A DNA stretch of 64,000 bases from a virus, in IMG/VR virus record IMGVR_UViG_3300050119_000104, positions 32,001 to 96,000 of that record. The stretch is one strand, 5' to 3'. Positions 36,696-47,023 of this stretch are shown here, piece by piece. The notes beneath the pieces were generated by a model. That model was not told the DNA's origin. It ran no database searches and saw only the letters and a list, made by a program, of their open reading frames with translations. The stretch's first letter is position 1. Every line of letters begins with the position of its first letter. Position numbers and translations under genes: made by a program.

Positions 36696-37000
36696 AAGAC
36701 GCGAAGGGCCACGGCTCCGAAGCACACGGCGCACATAGCGCAGGCGTCGATCAAGTCGGCCACCCGCCGTCGCCGCCGCAGTTCGGCAAAAGTCCGATAG
36801 CAAACGCACGCGAGGCCGCACGTTACATCAATGAGTCAGGGCACCCGGCAGAGATTTATCGGAAAGCCAGGTCAACTGTAGCGGCGATCTATTCCAATAC
36901 CGACAACAAAATCCATGTCAATGTTTCAAACTCGTTCTGGAAAGACCCGGTCGGCAGTATGGTGAGGAACAACGCGAGCGGTCATCTTTCACGCGCGTGA
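36692..37000 (+). CDS. KDAxGHGS-motif protein, possibly a truncated zincin
   Basis: MKDAKGHGSEAHGAHSAGVDQVG...AIYS...IHVN. Confidence 0.6.
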   Translation: MKDAKGHGSEAHGAHSAGVDQVGHPPSPPQFGKSPIANAREAARYINESGHPAEIYRKARSTVAAIYSNTDNKIHVNVSNSFWKDPVGSMVRNNASGHLSRA

Positions 37001-37073
37001 TGTGGGGCGGCACAATTTATTGAGTCCCGATGCGACCAAAGAAGCGCTTCGGAAGTTCGCAGGAGTGTAGATC

Positions 37074-37355
37074 ATGGGAAAAGATGCTTTAGGACACGGT
37101 TCCGATCCACGCGGCGGCGCACGTAGCGACGCCATCTCGCGCGGACTCAAGATTGATTTCCGGCGCTACCCGGGCGGCGGCGCGCAGGATCGCGCGACGA
37201 CTGTAGCCAAGGGCTATCGCCCGGGACCAGGAGGGCGTCGAGACATGCCGGGCGCCCTAGGCGGCGCGCCGTCCGATCTATGGCGATCAAAACGATTTGC
37301 GACTCCGGCGGCGCATCAAGAGGGCGTTACCGCGCTTAAGGGAAAGAAGTTGTGA
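37074..37355 (+). CDS. small protein, KDAxGHGS motif
   Basis: MGKDALGHGSD...AAHQEG. Confidence 0.65.
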   Translation: MGKDALGHGSDPRGGARSDAISRGLKIDFRRYPGGGAQDRATTVAKGYRPGPGGRRDMPGALGGAPSDLWRSKRFATPAAHQEGVTALKGKKL

Positions 37356-37543
37356 TGTACAACGCGCCCGACAATTTCATGGGCGGCCCGGACCAAGCTA
37401 CAGCACGTAGTCAGGTCTCTAAATACGCTGCGATGAACCCAAAAGAGTTTGTGAGCGAGGTTCACGCCGGGATGAAGGCTGGAAAGTCGTACTCACACGA
37501 CGTGATGAGAATGTTCTCGCAATACGCACGAGTAAGAAAATGA
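37352..37543 (+). CDS. possible C-terminal fragment of a zincin metallopeptidase
   Basis: VSKYAAMNPKEFVSEVHAG...YS.DVM. Confidence 0.5.
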   Translation: MMYNAPDNFMGGPDQATARSQVSKYAAMNPKEFVSEVHAGMKAGKSYSHDVMRMFSQYARVRK

Positions 37544-40230
37544 CCGCGCTATTACCCTTCTTTTTTGCGTGGGTTGACTCGGATCAAAAGACGTTTGATC
37601 CGACCACGATGAACGTTATGGATGAGGCCATTTTCTCGATCAACCTCAAGCACGAGGAAGGTCAGGTCCCCGATCTTGAAATCGTAATCTTCAACCCGCG
37701 CGTCGGGCTACTCGCTCCCGGCCGCAAGCAATGGGCATGGCTGTCCTACCAGCCACCGGATGCCGCGACAGTAACCGCGATCAATGCGAAGTTTGGTACA
37801 AGCTACACGTATCCGTGCATCCTTCCGATATTTTTTGGTGAGCTAGTTGGCATCCCCTCCGATCTATTTGCCGAGAAGATCACACTGAAACTCATCTCAC
37901 GGTCGCGGAATTTTATCGAGGACAAGCAAGCCGTCGCCGAGACACTCAAAGTCGCTCCGAACTACGATCCGATTTTCCTGGATGAGACGCACCGGGACGA
38001 GCCTGATGCGATCCTCGAAGGCTGGTCATCGCTTTATCATACCGACCGCACAACACTCGCGACTTCCGCGTCCGATATCTTGACCGGAGAAGATGGCACG
38101 ATTGTTTTCGAACAGGGAGATGCGTTCTATGACTCGGTTAAGATGACCGTCGGCGAGTCACCTCTCACCAATATCCGAATAGAAGCCAGCGTAAATTGGA
38201 CCCAGCGTAGCAGCGGCTACGTCGATGGCCCGAATGTGAATATCATAAGCTATACCGGCGACTCTTTCATGGGTGATTGGCCAAAGCCGGGCGCAGGTGT
38301 CGGCGGCGGGTGGCATGTTGAAACCAGTTTCGTGAATGACGTTTACAAAATTACGCAAACTCCAACAGTGAATATCAGCGCGTCGTGGACTACTACTTCG
38401 ACGCAGATGGAAGATTGCAGTGTCAATTCCACGCACAATTCGGCGTCGTTTCCGGCGCTCTTATCGCCGTCCCCGCTCTCTACCACTTTAACTTGGCATG
38501 AAGTTGTTGGCGATTGTAATCCTTTCAGTACGCCCCCCGTTAACAGGGGCGCGAGTATGGAGCTTACCGGCCTTACGGTTCCCTTATGGGCGCTGAACTG
38601 TACATGGACCTTGCGCTACGATGCGAAGCGCAGCTATTCGGAAATGTTGGTGATGGATGTCGCCGCCAACACCCAAGCCATTCTTACGTCACCCACCGTC
38701 GAACAGAATACCGAACTTATGAAAGTCAGCGGTACCGATGTGGGCCAGCCCCTCATCATTTACGATGCATGGTCAGATTTCGCGAGTGCTCCCGTCGGGG
38801 TGACACAGCTAATCTTCCCGAACGATGCTACAACCCCCGGCGGTTTGTCATATCAGATTTGCGTGCAAGCAGGCACTGCGGGCGCGACTGAACCAGTTTT
38901 CAGCGACATTCCTGGCACGATCACCGATGACGGCACGGTGCAATGGGCGAGCTTAGGTGAGTCACCATTGAACGCTATCCAACAAATGACGTTCGCGACG
39001 CATTACGCGTCGGGCACTATTTTGCTCTATCAGGAGCAAATTTTCGATCCAAATACCGGCGGCCTTATCGATGTGCCCGGCGCTACCTCCTACTGGCTTT
39101 GCGTTGGAGCATGCTCGACGACCGATCAGTACACTGAGATGACCTACATTCCGCCGGTCACCACTAGCGACGAGCCCACGCCCGCGCCGGTCACCGTTTA
39201 TTTAGAGTGGTTCTCGCCCAGCGGTGCTAATATGGGCGGCAGCAGTTTGATCGGCGGAGGCATTGGCGGCGGTCAATTCTCTTCCGGCGGAGCCGGTGTT
39301 GCAGCCCTCGGTGGCTTCACTGACCTTGGGATTGCTCCGTCATTTCTCGGTATTCCCATCGGCGGCACGGCGGATAACGTGACCGCCAACAACTTCTTTC
39401 CGAGTGATCGAGGACAACAGAGTATCCAATATCTTATTTGTAAAGCCCGTGCGCGGCTGCGGCTACGTTCTCGCGCTGTCAAAGTCATGTGGGATTGCCC
39501 ATTCTATGCCGTGGCGGGCATGTCCTGCCGCATGAATGCGACACTGTTTGACCCACGCCTGCCCGGCGGCACAGCAACTGGTAAAATCACTTCCTACACG
39601 ATGAGTGCAAGTGAAGGTAAAATGATTGGGCATATTGAAGCAGGATGCGCAGTTGGCTACGGCGGCGTCGTCGAAGCAATCGTGGGGACGCCGGAATATG
39701 TAGCAGACAACACTTACGTTGGCACCGGAGTCTACCAAGTCTACGATGGTGCAACGACGGCAGTATTCCCCACAGATAGCAACGATATCAGCTACACTCC
39801 GCCGGGCTATGTACCCTATGACGATGGCTTGAGTTTCCCGCTCAGTTATTTGCCAGCGAACGTTTCCATAAGTGGTTCAGCGAGTGCGCAAGCGACAGCT
39901 ATCAAGGCCGCGTTCCCACTCGCGGCGCAGTTAGCACAGACTTCGGTGATCCTGAACCAGACCTACACTTCGACGGAGACCGGCATGGACGGGTCCACTA
40001 CGACAACTACAAACAGCGGCGGTACCGCATCGGCAGATTGGTGGCTCGAACAATTGGAATTCTATGACACCGCCCACTCGATCCCGTATATTATGGAGTC
40101 CAATCCGGTCTCAGCCGAGATTTTGATCCAGCCGGTGACCAATGGTCCATTCAACGCCGCGTACACCGTCACTGTCAGTCCACTCGAAATTCCTCTCGGA
40201 ATTGATCTTGAAGCCCCCTCTAGTCCATAA
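37540..40230 (+). CDS. large tail tip / hub protein
   Basis: 896 aa after Dit; beta-rich; CBM-like AGT.G..EP.F...DGTVQW. Confidence 0.75.
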   Translation: MTALLPFFFAWVDSDQKTFDPTTMNVMDEAIFSINLKHEEGQVPDLEIVIFNPRVGLLAPGRKQWAWLSYQPPDAATVTAINAKFGTSYTYPCILPIFFGELVGIPSDLFAEKITLKLISRSRNFIEDKQAVAETLKVAPNYDPIFLDETHRDEPDAILEGWSSLYHTDRTTLATSASDILTGEDGTIVFEQGDAFYDSVKMTVGESPLTNIRIEASVNWTQRSSGYVDGPNVNIISYTGDSFMGDWPKPGAGVGGGWHVETSFVNDVYKITQTPTVNISASWTTTSTQMEDCSVNSTHNSASFPALLSPSPLSTTLTWHEVVGDCNPFSTPPVNRGASMELTGLTVPLWALNCTWTLRYDAKRSYSEMLVMDVAANTQAILTSPTVEQNTELMKVSGTDVGQPLIIYDAWSDFASAPVGVTQLIFPNDATTPGGLSYQICVQAGTAGATEPVFSDIPGTITDDGTVQWASLGESPLNAIQQMTFATHYASGTILLYQEQIFDPNTGGLIDVPGATSYWLCVGACSTTDQYTEMTYIPPVTTSDEPTPAPVTVYLEWFSPSGANMGGSSLIGGGIGGGQFSSGGAGVAALGGFTDLGIAPSFLGIPIGGTADNVTANNFFPSDRGQQSIQYLICKARARLRLRSRAVKVMWDCPFYAVAGMSCRMNATLFDPRLPGGTATGKITSYTMSASEGKMIGHIEAGCAVGYGGVVEAIVGTPEYVADNTYVGTGVYQVYDGATTAVFPTDSNDISYTPPGYVPYDDGLSFPLSYLPANVSISGSASAQATAIKAAFPLAAQLAQTSVILNQTYTSTETGMDGSTTTTTNSGGTASADWWLEQLEFYDTAHSIPYIMESNPVSAEILIQPVTNGPFNAAYTVTVSPLEIPLGIDLEAPSSP

Positions 40231-40243
40231 GTAGAGTAGTCAG

Positions 40244-40480
40244 ATGAGCAGCAATCTTGAAACAATCGTGCGGCCCTTCGCCGATGTGGACGTGACACCG
40301 CAAGCGTTTATCCCTCCGGGCACGGTCGGCGTGCCGCCGGTTAAAGTCAGCGTTGGCCTCAAAGGCGGCACCAAAACTTTCTCCACCAACGCCAGTTCAG
40401 GCTTTTCTACCTACATGGGGTCCACACACACTGAGTCGTCACCAAATAGCCCCGCGCTGCAACAGGCGCTTGCGGGGTAA
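40244..40480 (+). CDS. small tail-associated protein
   Basis: LETIVRPF motif; synteny. Confidence 0.6.
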   Translation: MSSNLETIVRPFADVDVTPQAFIPPGTVGVPPVKVSVGLKGGTKTFSTNASSGFSTYMGSTHTESSPNSPALQQALAG

Positions 40481-40486
40481 CGTCAA

Positions 40487-41920
40487 ATGGTTACCCTTAC
40501 AGGTGGCATCACACGTCAGGTACATGTTGTTCGGATCACTGATCCAAAGGGCAACTATATCGATGTTGAAGTCCTCAATATGGTCTCTATCGTATTCGCG
40601 AACGGGAAAGAAATTCTCTATAAGGTGACGGCAAAAGCTCCATATATTATTGACGATACAGGAGATGGTAATAACGTCGGTAGCGCCTCTGGATGTTCAC
40701 GCCGCTCTCATATGCAACGACTCACCAACCCCACCGATGGTTCGCAATTCTTTGATATCGAAATTTTAGACGCCATCACTTTCACAATGCCCAATGGGAA
40801 AGAAGAACTGTTCAAGATGCCAAATACCGACATCTCGGCAGCAGTAAAAGATGACACCGGCAATGGGCTCGAAGTGTCATTCGTCAAAGGAGTTTCAACG
40901 CGCAAGGATCATATAGTCGAGATTGATGAACTTATCGCTGGCGGCAGTACTAGTTCGGCGGATAAAGACTACCCCTCCGGGCCAACAACCGGTAACAAGT
41001 TGCTCATTGAGCAAACAGATAAGATCGGGTTCAAGAGCGTCAATGGCACTGAATTTGTTTTGGATGTCGATGCCTCCCTCTGGAACGTGAAGGATGTGAC
41101 AAATTATACTGCCGACGGCGCGCCCCCGCCGAACACTGATAAGAATATCTATGTTCGTTGGACGAAAGGTGGCTTACCGTGGCTCGGAACTAAAACACCT
41201 GTCAAACAGGGGGCTTTTTGGCGGATCAAAAAAGTTGGCATTGCCCCAGGTCCGACTTCGGCAGGGCGCATGGATGTCACGTACATCCTCGACGTAGGTG
41301 TGGACACCGCAGAATTGTCGGTCGCCAACCCCGGCTTGAACTACTACGTGCAAGTCGAAGCTCTCCCTGCGAGTGGTGGTGACGGCGGTTCGCTCTATTC
41401 GAATTTAGTGACCATCCCATGCTATGAGATTTTTGGTGGCGGCGGTAGTGTTTTCCCCTACAGTGCTCTTCGGGCAACCTATACCTTGACGTTGGATAAT
41501 GTTCCGGTCGAGTACGCCCTGATCCTGAATGTGTGGGATAATATTGGTAGCGTCGTAGGTCCCGGATCAAATGGCCTCTCGCAAGATGGTGTTATCATCG
41601 AAAATAATCAGACGTGTTTCCATGGTCAATTTACCGCTACCGTCATTACAAGCCCAACTCTCACTGTTTCATCAACTCCGTCACCAAACATTGGCTCGCA
41701 CACATATAGCCAAGACGGGGCGCATGGCGATCTCTATTGCAATCCATATCAACTGGCCCTTGGTCCCTACTGTCTGACCGGCTGTCCCTTCGGCATAAAT
41801 TGGAATAGCAACCCTGCGGGGTCAGACCAGAATTTACTGCCGCTTCTCCCGTTCTGCGGCGGCGCAAATGCCATTGAGCATGAAGGCTCCCTCGGAACAG
41901 GGATACCCACACCACCTTGA
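40487..41920 (+). CDS. tail-associated protein with an internal N-terminal repeat
   Basis: Repeated R.H..RIT.P....D.E.L..I.F..NG.E..DDTG.G unit. Confidence 0.65.
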   Translation: MVTLTGGITRQVHVVRITDPKGNYIDVEVLNMVSIVFANGKEILYKVTAKAPYIIDDTGDGNNVGSASGCSRRSHMQRLTNPTDGSQFFDIEILDAITFTMPNGKEELFKMPNTDISAAVKDDTGNGLEVSFVKGVSTRKDHIVEIDELIAGGSTSSADKDYPSGPTTGNKLLIEQTDKIGFKSVNGTEFVLDVDASLWNVKDVTNYTADGAPPPNTDKNIYVRWTKGGLPWLGTKTPVKQGAFWRIKKVGIAPGPTSAGRMDVTYILDVGVDTAELSVANPGLNYYVQVEALPASGGDGGSLYSNLVTIPCYEIFGGGGSVFPYSALRATYTLTLDNVPVEYALILNVWDNIGSVVGPGSNGLSQDGVIIENNQTCFHGQFTATVITSPTLTVSSTPSPNIGSHTYSQDGAHGDLYCNPYQLALGPYCLTGCPFGINWNSNPAGSDQNLLPLLPFCGGANAIEHEGSLGTGIPTPP

Positions 41921-41951
41921 CATGGTTAACGACAGCCTGTAGGAGACTTCA

Positions 41952-42806
41952 ATGTCCATGACCTTCCGCACAAATGACTATACCCGTTGGGGCTCCGGCC
42001 AAGGTTCAAACCTTTCGGCGGCGGAAGTCGATGTCAATTTTTGGACGCTATATAGCGCCCTAACGGCGCTTCAAGATCACGCGCTGACGACGGAGAACCA
42101 GATCGACTATTTCTCCGTAGCTGGAAATCAGCTATTCGTGACCATGATGGATCATACGGTCTTTGGTCCCTACACGCTCCCAACCGCCTCCTGGAATTTC
42201 CGTGGCCCGTGGTCGAGCACCACCTCATATCATGCGATGGACGTGGTGACCGATAGCGGCTCGGTCTATCTAGTTCTTGCTACCTTTACGAGCGCTTCGA
42301 CTTTCGATCCGGGGGCTACCATCGGGATAGGCCAGCAGTGCTACGGTCTGTTGCTCAGTTCGCCACAAGATGAATTGCCGACCGGCGGCGTTGACGGTCA
42401 AGTCCTCATGGTCGTCGATCCAGGTAGCCCGACCGGATATCCACAAACTGCATGGGTGACTCAAACTCGGTTGCTCGCGTTATTCATCGAAGGCACGCCA
42501 CTCACCGATGAATTGCTTCTCCGGTTTGAATGTGTCGAAGCAATGACGTGGCCTGCGGGGTTGACAGGATCGAGAGCGTCATCGGCAACACCGCCGACGA
42601 CGGATCAAACCTACGCGCTATATAAGAACGGCACGGCAATCGGCAGCTTGACTTTCACTCCGTCTCCCGAAGCCGTGGACATCGACTTCCCGACAGCGAT
42701 CACGTTCACGCCCGGTGACATTATCACGATGTTTGCTCCTGGAAGTCCTGGCCCTGATCCGCACATGACAGATACCAGCTTCACCTTCGTCGCGACTCTG
42801 CCATGA
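41952..42806 (+). CDS. tail-associated protein with a carbohydrate-binding-like motif
   Basis: WNFRGPWSSTTSY..MDVV...GSVYL. Confidence 0.65.
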   Translation: MSMTFRTNDYTRWGSGQGSNLSAAEVDVNFWTLYSALTALQDHALTTENQIDYFSVAGNQLFVTMMDHTVFGPYTLPTASWNFRGPWSSTTSYHAMDVVTDSGSVYLVLATFTSASTFDPGATIGIGQQCYGLLLSSPQDELPTGGVDGQVLMVVDPGSPTGYPQTAWVTQTRLLALFIEGTPLTDELLLRFECVEAMTWPAGLTGSRASSATPPTTDQTYALYKNGTAIGSLTFTPSPEAVDIDFPTAITFTPGDIITMFAPGSPGPDPHMTDTSFTFVATLP

Positions 42807-43759
42807 CCTCTCCGTCAGTCACACAATCACAAGTCAACATTTTCGGCGGTTCGAGTAGCAGCGAGTCGTACACGAGTCCTGCAATCACATCCGACTCGAA
42901 TGGCCTCTTTTGCGTTATCGCTTCGGAGAAAACTACTGGCACGACTATGAGCGTGACCAGCTTGGCATCAAGCAGCGTCACGTGGTCGAAGATTGGCGAG
43001 TACACCGAAGAAATCAATGGTACCATTCCCTACACGTTGTCGATTTTCTACGCGCCACTTGCTGCGGGTGCTGGTACAACTTATTCCTCGACGACGGTCA
43101 CGATTGATTTCAATAACACGCCTGATGACTACGGCGTGATATTTTTCGGCGTGACCGGCCTCTATTCCTATACCAGTCCGCTCGACTCGAATGTGTTACT
43201 CCCGATCATGGGCTATGTAGCTGGGACTGGCGACCTGAGCACAGACGTTTCGACCAGTCAAGCGGACGACCTCCTACTGGCTTTCTCTATGACCGCTGGG
43301 GGCGGCGGAACTTATCCACCCAGCTATACCGGCATTGGTTACGGAGGCGGCTGGCCTAATAATAATTGGGTCGGCCTCGCGGCCTCATATCTATCCATCT
43401 CAACGCTGCAAAGTAGTGTGTCAGTGGATTGGGGTACTGTAACCGCTACGTTGGGTGTCATCCTCGCGATCTCCGCCGATGCGCCCCCGAGCCCGGGAGA
43501 GACCGGGACCTGGGCCTCCACCGAAGCCCCTGACACGATGAGCATGGCAGGCGATCTGCCTATTTCGGGAACGTGGGCATCTACCGAAGCCGCCGACACA
43601 ATGATTTTAGATGGATATCCCGGCGCAGGCGGTAGCATCACTGGAACGTGGGCGTCCACTGAGGAAGTTGACACGTTAACCATGACCGGGTATGCCAGCG
43701 GCAGTGAGAGTTTTGTTCCTGGCAGCGCCGGACATCGACGTATTTTTATCATGACCTAA
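42803..43759 (+). CDS. Ser/Thr-rich virion protein
   Basis: Three GTWASTE..DT repeats. Confidence 0.6.
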   Translation: MTSPSVTQSQVNIFGGSSSSESYTSPAITSDSNGLFCVIASEKTTGTTMSVTSLASSSVTWSKIGEYTEEINGTIPYTLSIFYAPLAAGAGTTYSSTTVTIDFNNTPDDYGVIFFGVTGLYSYTSPLDSNVLLPIMGYVAGTGDLSTDVSTSQADDLLLAFSMTAGGGGTYPPSYTGIGYGGGWPNNNWVGLAASYLSISTLQSSVSVDWGTVTATLGVILAISADAPPSPGETGTWASTEAPDTMSMAGDLPISGTWASTEAADTMILDGYPGAGGSITGTWASTEEVDTLTMTGYASGSESFVPGSAGHRRIFIMT

Positions 43760-43772
43760 CGGAGAAAATCCA

Positions 43773-44162
43773 ATGAGTGTAGTTTACAGCGCGGCCTTGA
43801 AAACCACCCGCATGGACGCGGTTCTAACCGCCCTCGATGCGGCCGGAAGTCCAGGAGGCTACATAGAAATCGGCACCTCTGGTGGTTTCTCGGGTTCAAA
43901 CCTGCTCGCCACCATCCACTTCGCGGAAACAGCTGGCACCGTCTCTGGCAGTGTACTGACGTTCTCATGCCCAATAGAGGACGCGAGCGCCGCCAACAGC
44001 GGCACAGCAACCCAGGCTCAGGTATTCGACGGCGCGGGCGGTACGGCGGTCATTACTGGCTTAACGGTCGGCACCTCGGGAACGGATATCGTCTTATCGA
44101 GCGTGACCATCGTCGCGGGTGAGCCGGTTACTTTGACCGCTGGAAGCATAACTCACGGTTAG
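43773..44162 (+). CDS. virion structural protein
   Basis: Common phage pattern YS......R..A....LATI....GT.SG.VLT...VGTSG.DI.L.S..I..G..V. Confidence 0.7.
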   Translation: MSVVYSAALKTTRMDAVLTALDAAGSPGGYIEIGTSGGFSGSNLLATIHFAETAGTVSGSVLTFSCPIEDASAANSGTATQAQVFDGAGGTAVITGLTVGTSGTDIVLSSVTIVAGEPVTLTAGSITHG

Positions 44163-44174
44163 TTGGTACTCAAA

Positions 44175-45215
44175 ATGGGCCGACCCTCACTCATCATCCA
44201 TGGTATGCATGGCTTGGGGGATAACCTCCATCAGCGGGCGTTCGTGCGTCAGTTGTTGGAGACACATGATATATGGCTCGAAACTTCGTGGCCTTGCGTC
44301 TACCACGATTTAATTGCGCAAGGTGGCCTGCACGTCATTCCAAAACGAGTCGGGCTCCGCACGCAAACTAAAAATGCGCAGCGTGAGCGAGACAAGTTTT
44401 CGAAGGTCTTGGTTCCTCCCCGCACGCCAGAACTTAGACCCAGCTACAACGACTACAACGTCGCACGCATGCCGAACCGTACGATCCTGGAAGCGATTTG
44501 TGGCTCACTCAATATAGGCATCGATTATTCACGCGCCGACTTCCGCTTGCCAATCCCGTATGATTGGCTCTATCCGGCAGATGAATTGATCGAGTCGTGG
44601 CATGCGACCAAGCCAATTTTGATTTATCGTCCACTCGTCGTCCGCACCGAATGGCGCGGCAACGAAAAACGCAACGCTGATCCTATGGCCTACGCGGAAA
44701 TCTTCGCCTCGATCCGTGACCGCTTCTTTGTCGTGTCGGTAGCCGATCTCGTACCCGGCCACGAATGGATTATCGGACCGCAGCTTAAAGCCGATGTGAC
44801 CCTGCACAACGGCGAGCTTTCATTCGAGATCATGGCAGCGCTGTTCTCGCGCGCCAAGCTGGTCTACACATCCTCGGGCTTTGCCACGCTGCTCGCGCAG
44901 GCCGTCGGTACCCCCAACATTTCCGTCATCGGTCTATACGAGAATGGCGCGCATCACTCCGCAGGCGCATCGTATGCGCCCTACCTCCCTATCGAGCCGC
45001 TCAATCCATGTAGTTGCCAATACTCCGGCTGTGTACGGAAGTGTTCGAAACAGATTGATATCCCTTCCGCCATCTCCAAGGTGGCGGATTTCGTCCATGA
45101 TCTTGGGGTTTCAACAGATGTTGAAACGCGCCCAATTACTGAAATGTTCGATTCTCCGGCGGTGCGGATGCCGCAGATGCCGCAGCGGCGCATACACTCC
45201 GGGCTAAGGGCATGA
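44175..45215 (+). CDS. GT9/heptosyltransferase-like glycosyltransferase
   Basis: GMHGLGDNL..R; LVYTSSGFA.LLA.AVG.P.I. Confidence 0.75.
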   Translation: MGRPSLIIHGMHGLGDNLHQRAFVRQLLETHDIWLETSWPCVYHDLIAQGGLHVIPKRVGLRTQTKNAQRERDKFSKVLVPPRTPELRPSYNDYNVARMPNRTILEAICGSLNIGIDYSRADFRLPIPYDWLYPADELIESWHATKPILIYRPLVVRTEWRGNEKRNADPMAYAEIFASIRDRFFVVSVADLVPGHEWIIGPQLKADVTLHNGELSFEIMAALFSRAKLVYTSSGFATLLAQAVGTPNISVIGLYENGAHHSAGASYAPYLPIEPLNPCSCQYSGCVRKCSKQIDIPSAISKVADFVHDLGVSTDVETRPITEMFDSPAVRMPQMPQRRIHSGLRA

Positions 45216-45460
45216 ACATGGCGCGCGCAGGATATCGAGTCATCGAAGCCCGGTGGGAGGAATTTGGAGATCGAGATTTCTTTGAAGTTGAAGTTCTTTG
45301 TGGCACGCTCGATGATGCTCAAGAGATGGCGCAGCAGTACCTTCGCAGACATGTCGCTTCTACCGAAACCGATCTTATTTGGTTGCAAGGTGTATCGAAC
45401 AAGCAGGGACAGGTTTTCTACGCGAACAACAAACACATAACATTCAGAATTAGGCAGTAA
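45212..45460 (+). CDS. hypothetical protein
   Basis: ATGA overlap. Confidence 0.5.
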   Translation: MNMARAGYRVIEARWEEFGDRDFFEVEVLCGTLDDAQEMAQQYLRRHVASTETDLIWLQGVSNKQGQVFYANNKHITFRIRQ

Positions 45461-45461
45461 G

Positions 45462-46076
45462 ATGTTGATCACCCCTATCATGCCAGTTAGCGAAGGCGAC
45501 GTTCGCGCCGAAGTGGCGCTCGTCGTCGGCGGCAGCAATGAAGTGATGGAAGAATTCGAAGCCGCACGCGCGCTATGCGGTCCGGCACCATACATGACGT
45601 TCGTGTGTAACGACATGATTGCAGTATTCCCGCGTCCGATTGATCACGCCGTCACACTCCATCCCGATAAGATGTTGATATGGGTGCAGAAAAGATTGCA
45701 AGCTGGTTTACCCTCAATCGGCCGTACTTGGGCCCACCGTGGCTATTCCGGTTTCACTGATCATACGAAAGATTGGGGCGGTTCATCTGGATTGTTGTGT
45801 ACGAAAATCGCCAGAGAACAGGGATTTACGCACATAATCCTTTGCGGCGTGCCGATGACAGTCGAGAACGGTCACTTCAAACGTCAAATGCGCTGGACCG
45901 CCGCGCATGGTTTTCGACGTGGATGGAGCCGATACATTCCGGGTCTCAAGCCGTTCGTGCGCAGCATGAGCGGCTGGACTCAGCAAAATTTTGGAGCACC
46001 GGATCAGGCGTGGCTCGATAGTATCATCGACGATCCACGCCCGATAAGGGGGCAAGCCGTGGGGATAAAAGCATGA
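45462..46076 (+). CDS. Maf/MptE-like (DUF115-like) putative sugar-transfer protein
   Basis: ALVVGG, CND, VTLHP, GGSSGL, IILCGVPM, VRSMSGWT. Confidence 0.55.
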   Translation: MLITPIMPVSEGDVRAEVALVVGGSNEVMEEFEAARALCGPAPYMTFVCNDMIAVFPRPIDHAVTLHPDKMLIWVQKRLQAGLPSIGRTWAHRGYSGFTDHTKDWGGSSGLLCTKIAREQGFTHIILCGVPMTVENGHFKRQMRWTAAHGFRRGWSRYIPGLKPFVRSMSGWTQQNFGAPDQAWLDSIIDDPRPIRGQAVGIKA

Positions 46077-47023
46077 TTGATCCACTTAACGAGCGCTTTG
46101 TGCCAACAAAGACAGCTTACGAGAAACTCAATCTCCCGACCGTGACTCTCTTGGCGGTTGAAACGCGCATGCATGATCTCGCGCGCATCGCCCTCAATGA
46201 TTGCGTCAGCAAAGTCAATTTCGGCAACGTGATGATCTACTCAAACGACTGCGCCCGAATTCAAGTTCCCGGAGCATGCTATTTCCAAGTTCCTGATTGG
46301 CCGCAGAAAGGCCAGTGCGGTGCATTCTGCTACAACGAAGCTTCTCAGCTAGTCGAGACGCCGCATATTCTCTTTATCGAATGGGACGGCGGCGTCCGTG
46401 ACGTATCCATGTGGCGGAAGGAGTTCCTGAACTACGATTACGTCGGCGCACCCTGGCCGCCCCGGCTATGGGGGAGAGGTGGCCCGCATCCAGGTCTCAC
46501 TGTGGGAAACGGTGGCTTCACATTGTGGTCGAAACGTTTGATGGATCATATCGCAGCGAACCGCAACCGATTTATGATCTCCACCGATACTCATATATCA
46601 GTGAACCATCGCCGCGCACTTGAAGCGGAGGGCGGCTTCAAGTGGGCTCCCGAGAACGTCGCTTACGATTTTGCTTTTGAGTACGGACTCCCGGCTTCCC
46701 GTGAACATAATTTTGGATTTCACGGCGCGTTCAATTGGCCCTACATGCTCCCCCGCGCGGATATGTTGGAGCGCATTCATTTAATGATCGCGAGCGAGTA
46801 TGTCGCCTCTACGGTCATGCTGGATAGATTGTTTCAGAACGATCCGAACTTGATGGATGAGATTAGCCCGGATGACCGAGACATCGTAATAAAGATTATG
46901 AAACGTCCGGTGCGACGCACCATCCGCGCCCCAGTCATGCGCAATCCAAATATCGCGCAGCCCCCGGTACGTCCGGCACATATACCAAATATCGTTCAGA
47001 TGCGTAGGGGGACCAAGGCATGA
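46073..47023 (+). CDS. DUF5672-family GT-A-like protein
   Basis: LFIEWDG..W..EFLNYDYVGAPW..VGNGGF.L.SKRL. Confidence 0.8.
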   Translation: MIDPLNERFVPTKTAYEKLNLPTVTLLAVETRMHDLARIALNDCVSKVNFGNVMIYSNDCARIQVPGACYFQVPDWPQKGQCGAFCYNEASQLVETPHILFIEWDGGVRDVSMWRKEFLNYDYVGAPWPPRLWGRGGPHPGLTVGNGGFTLWSKRLMDHIAANRNRFMISTDTHISVNHRRALEAEGGFKWAPENVAYDFAFEYGLPASREHNFGFHGAFNWPYMLPRADMLERIHLMIASEYVASTVMLDRLFQNDPNLMDEISPDDRDIVIKIMKRPVRRTIRAPVMRNPNIAQPPVRPAHIPNIVQMRRGTKA

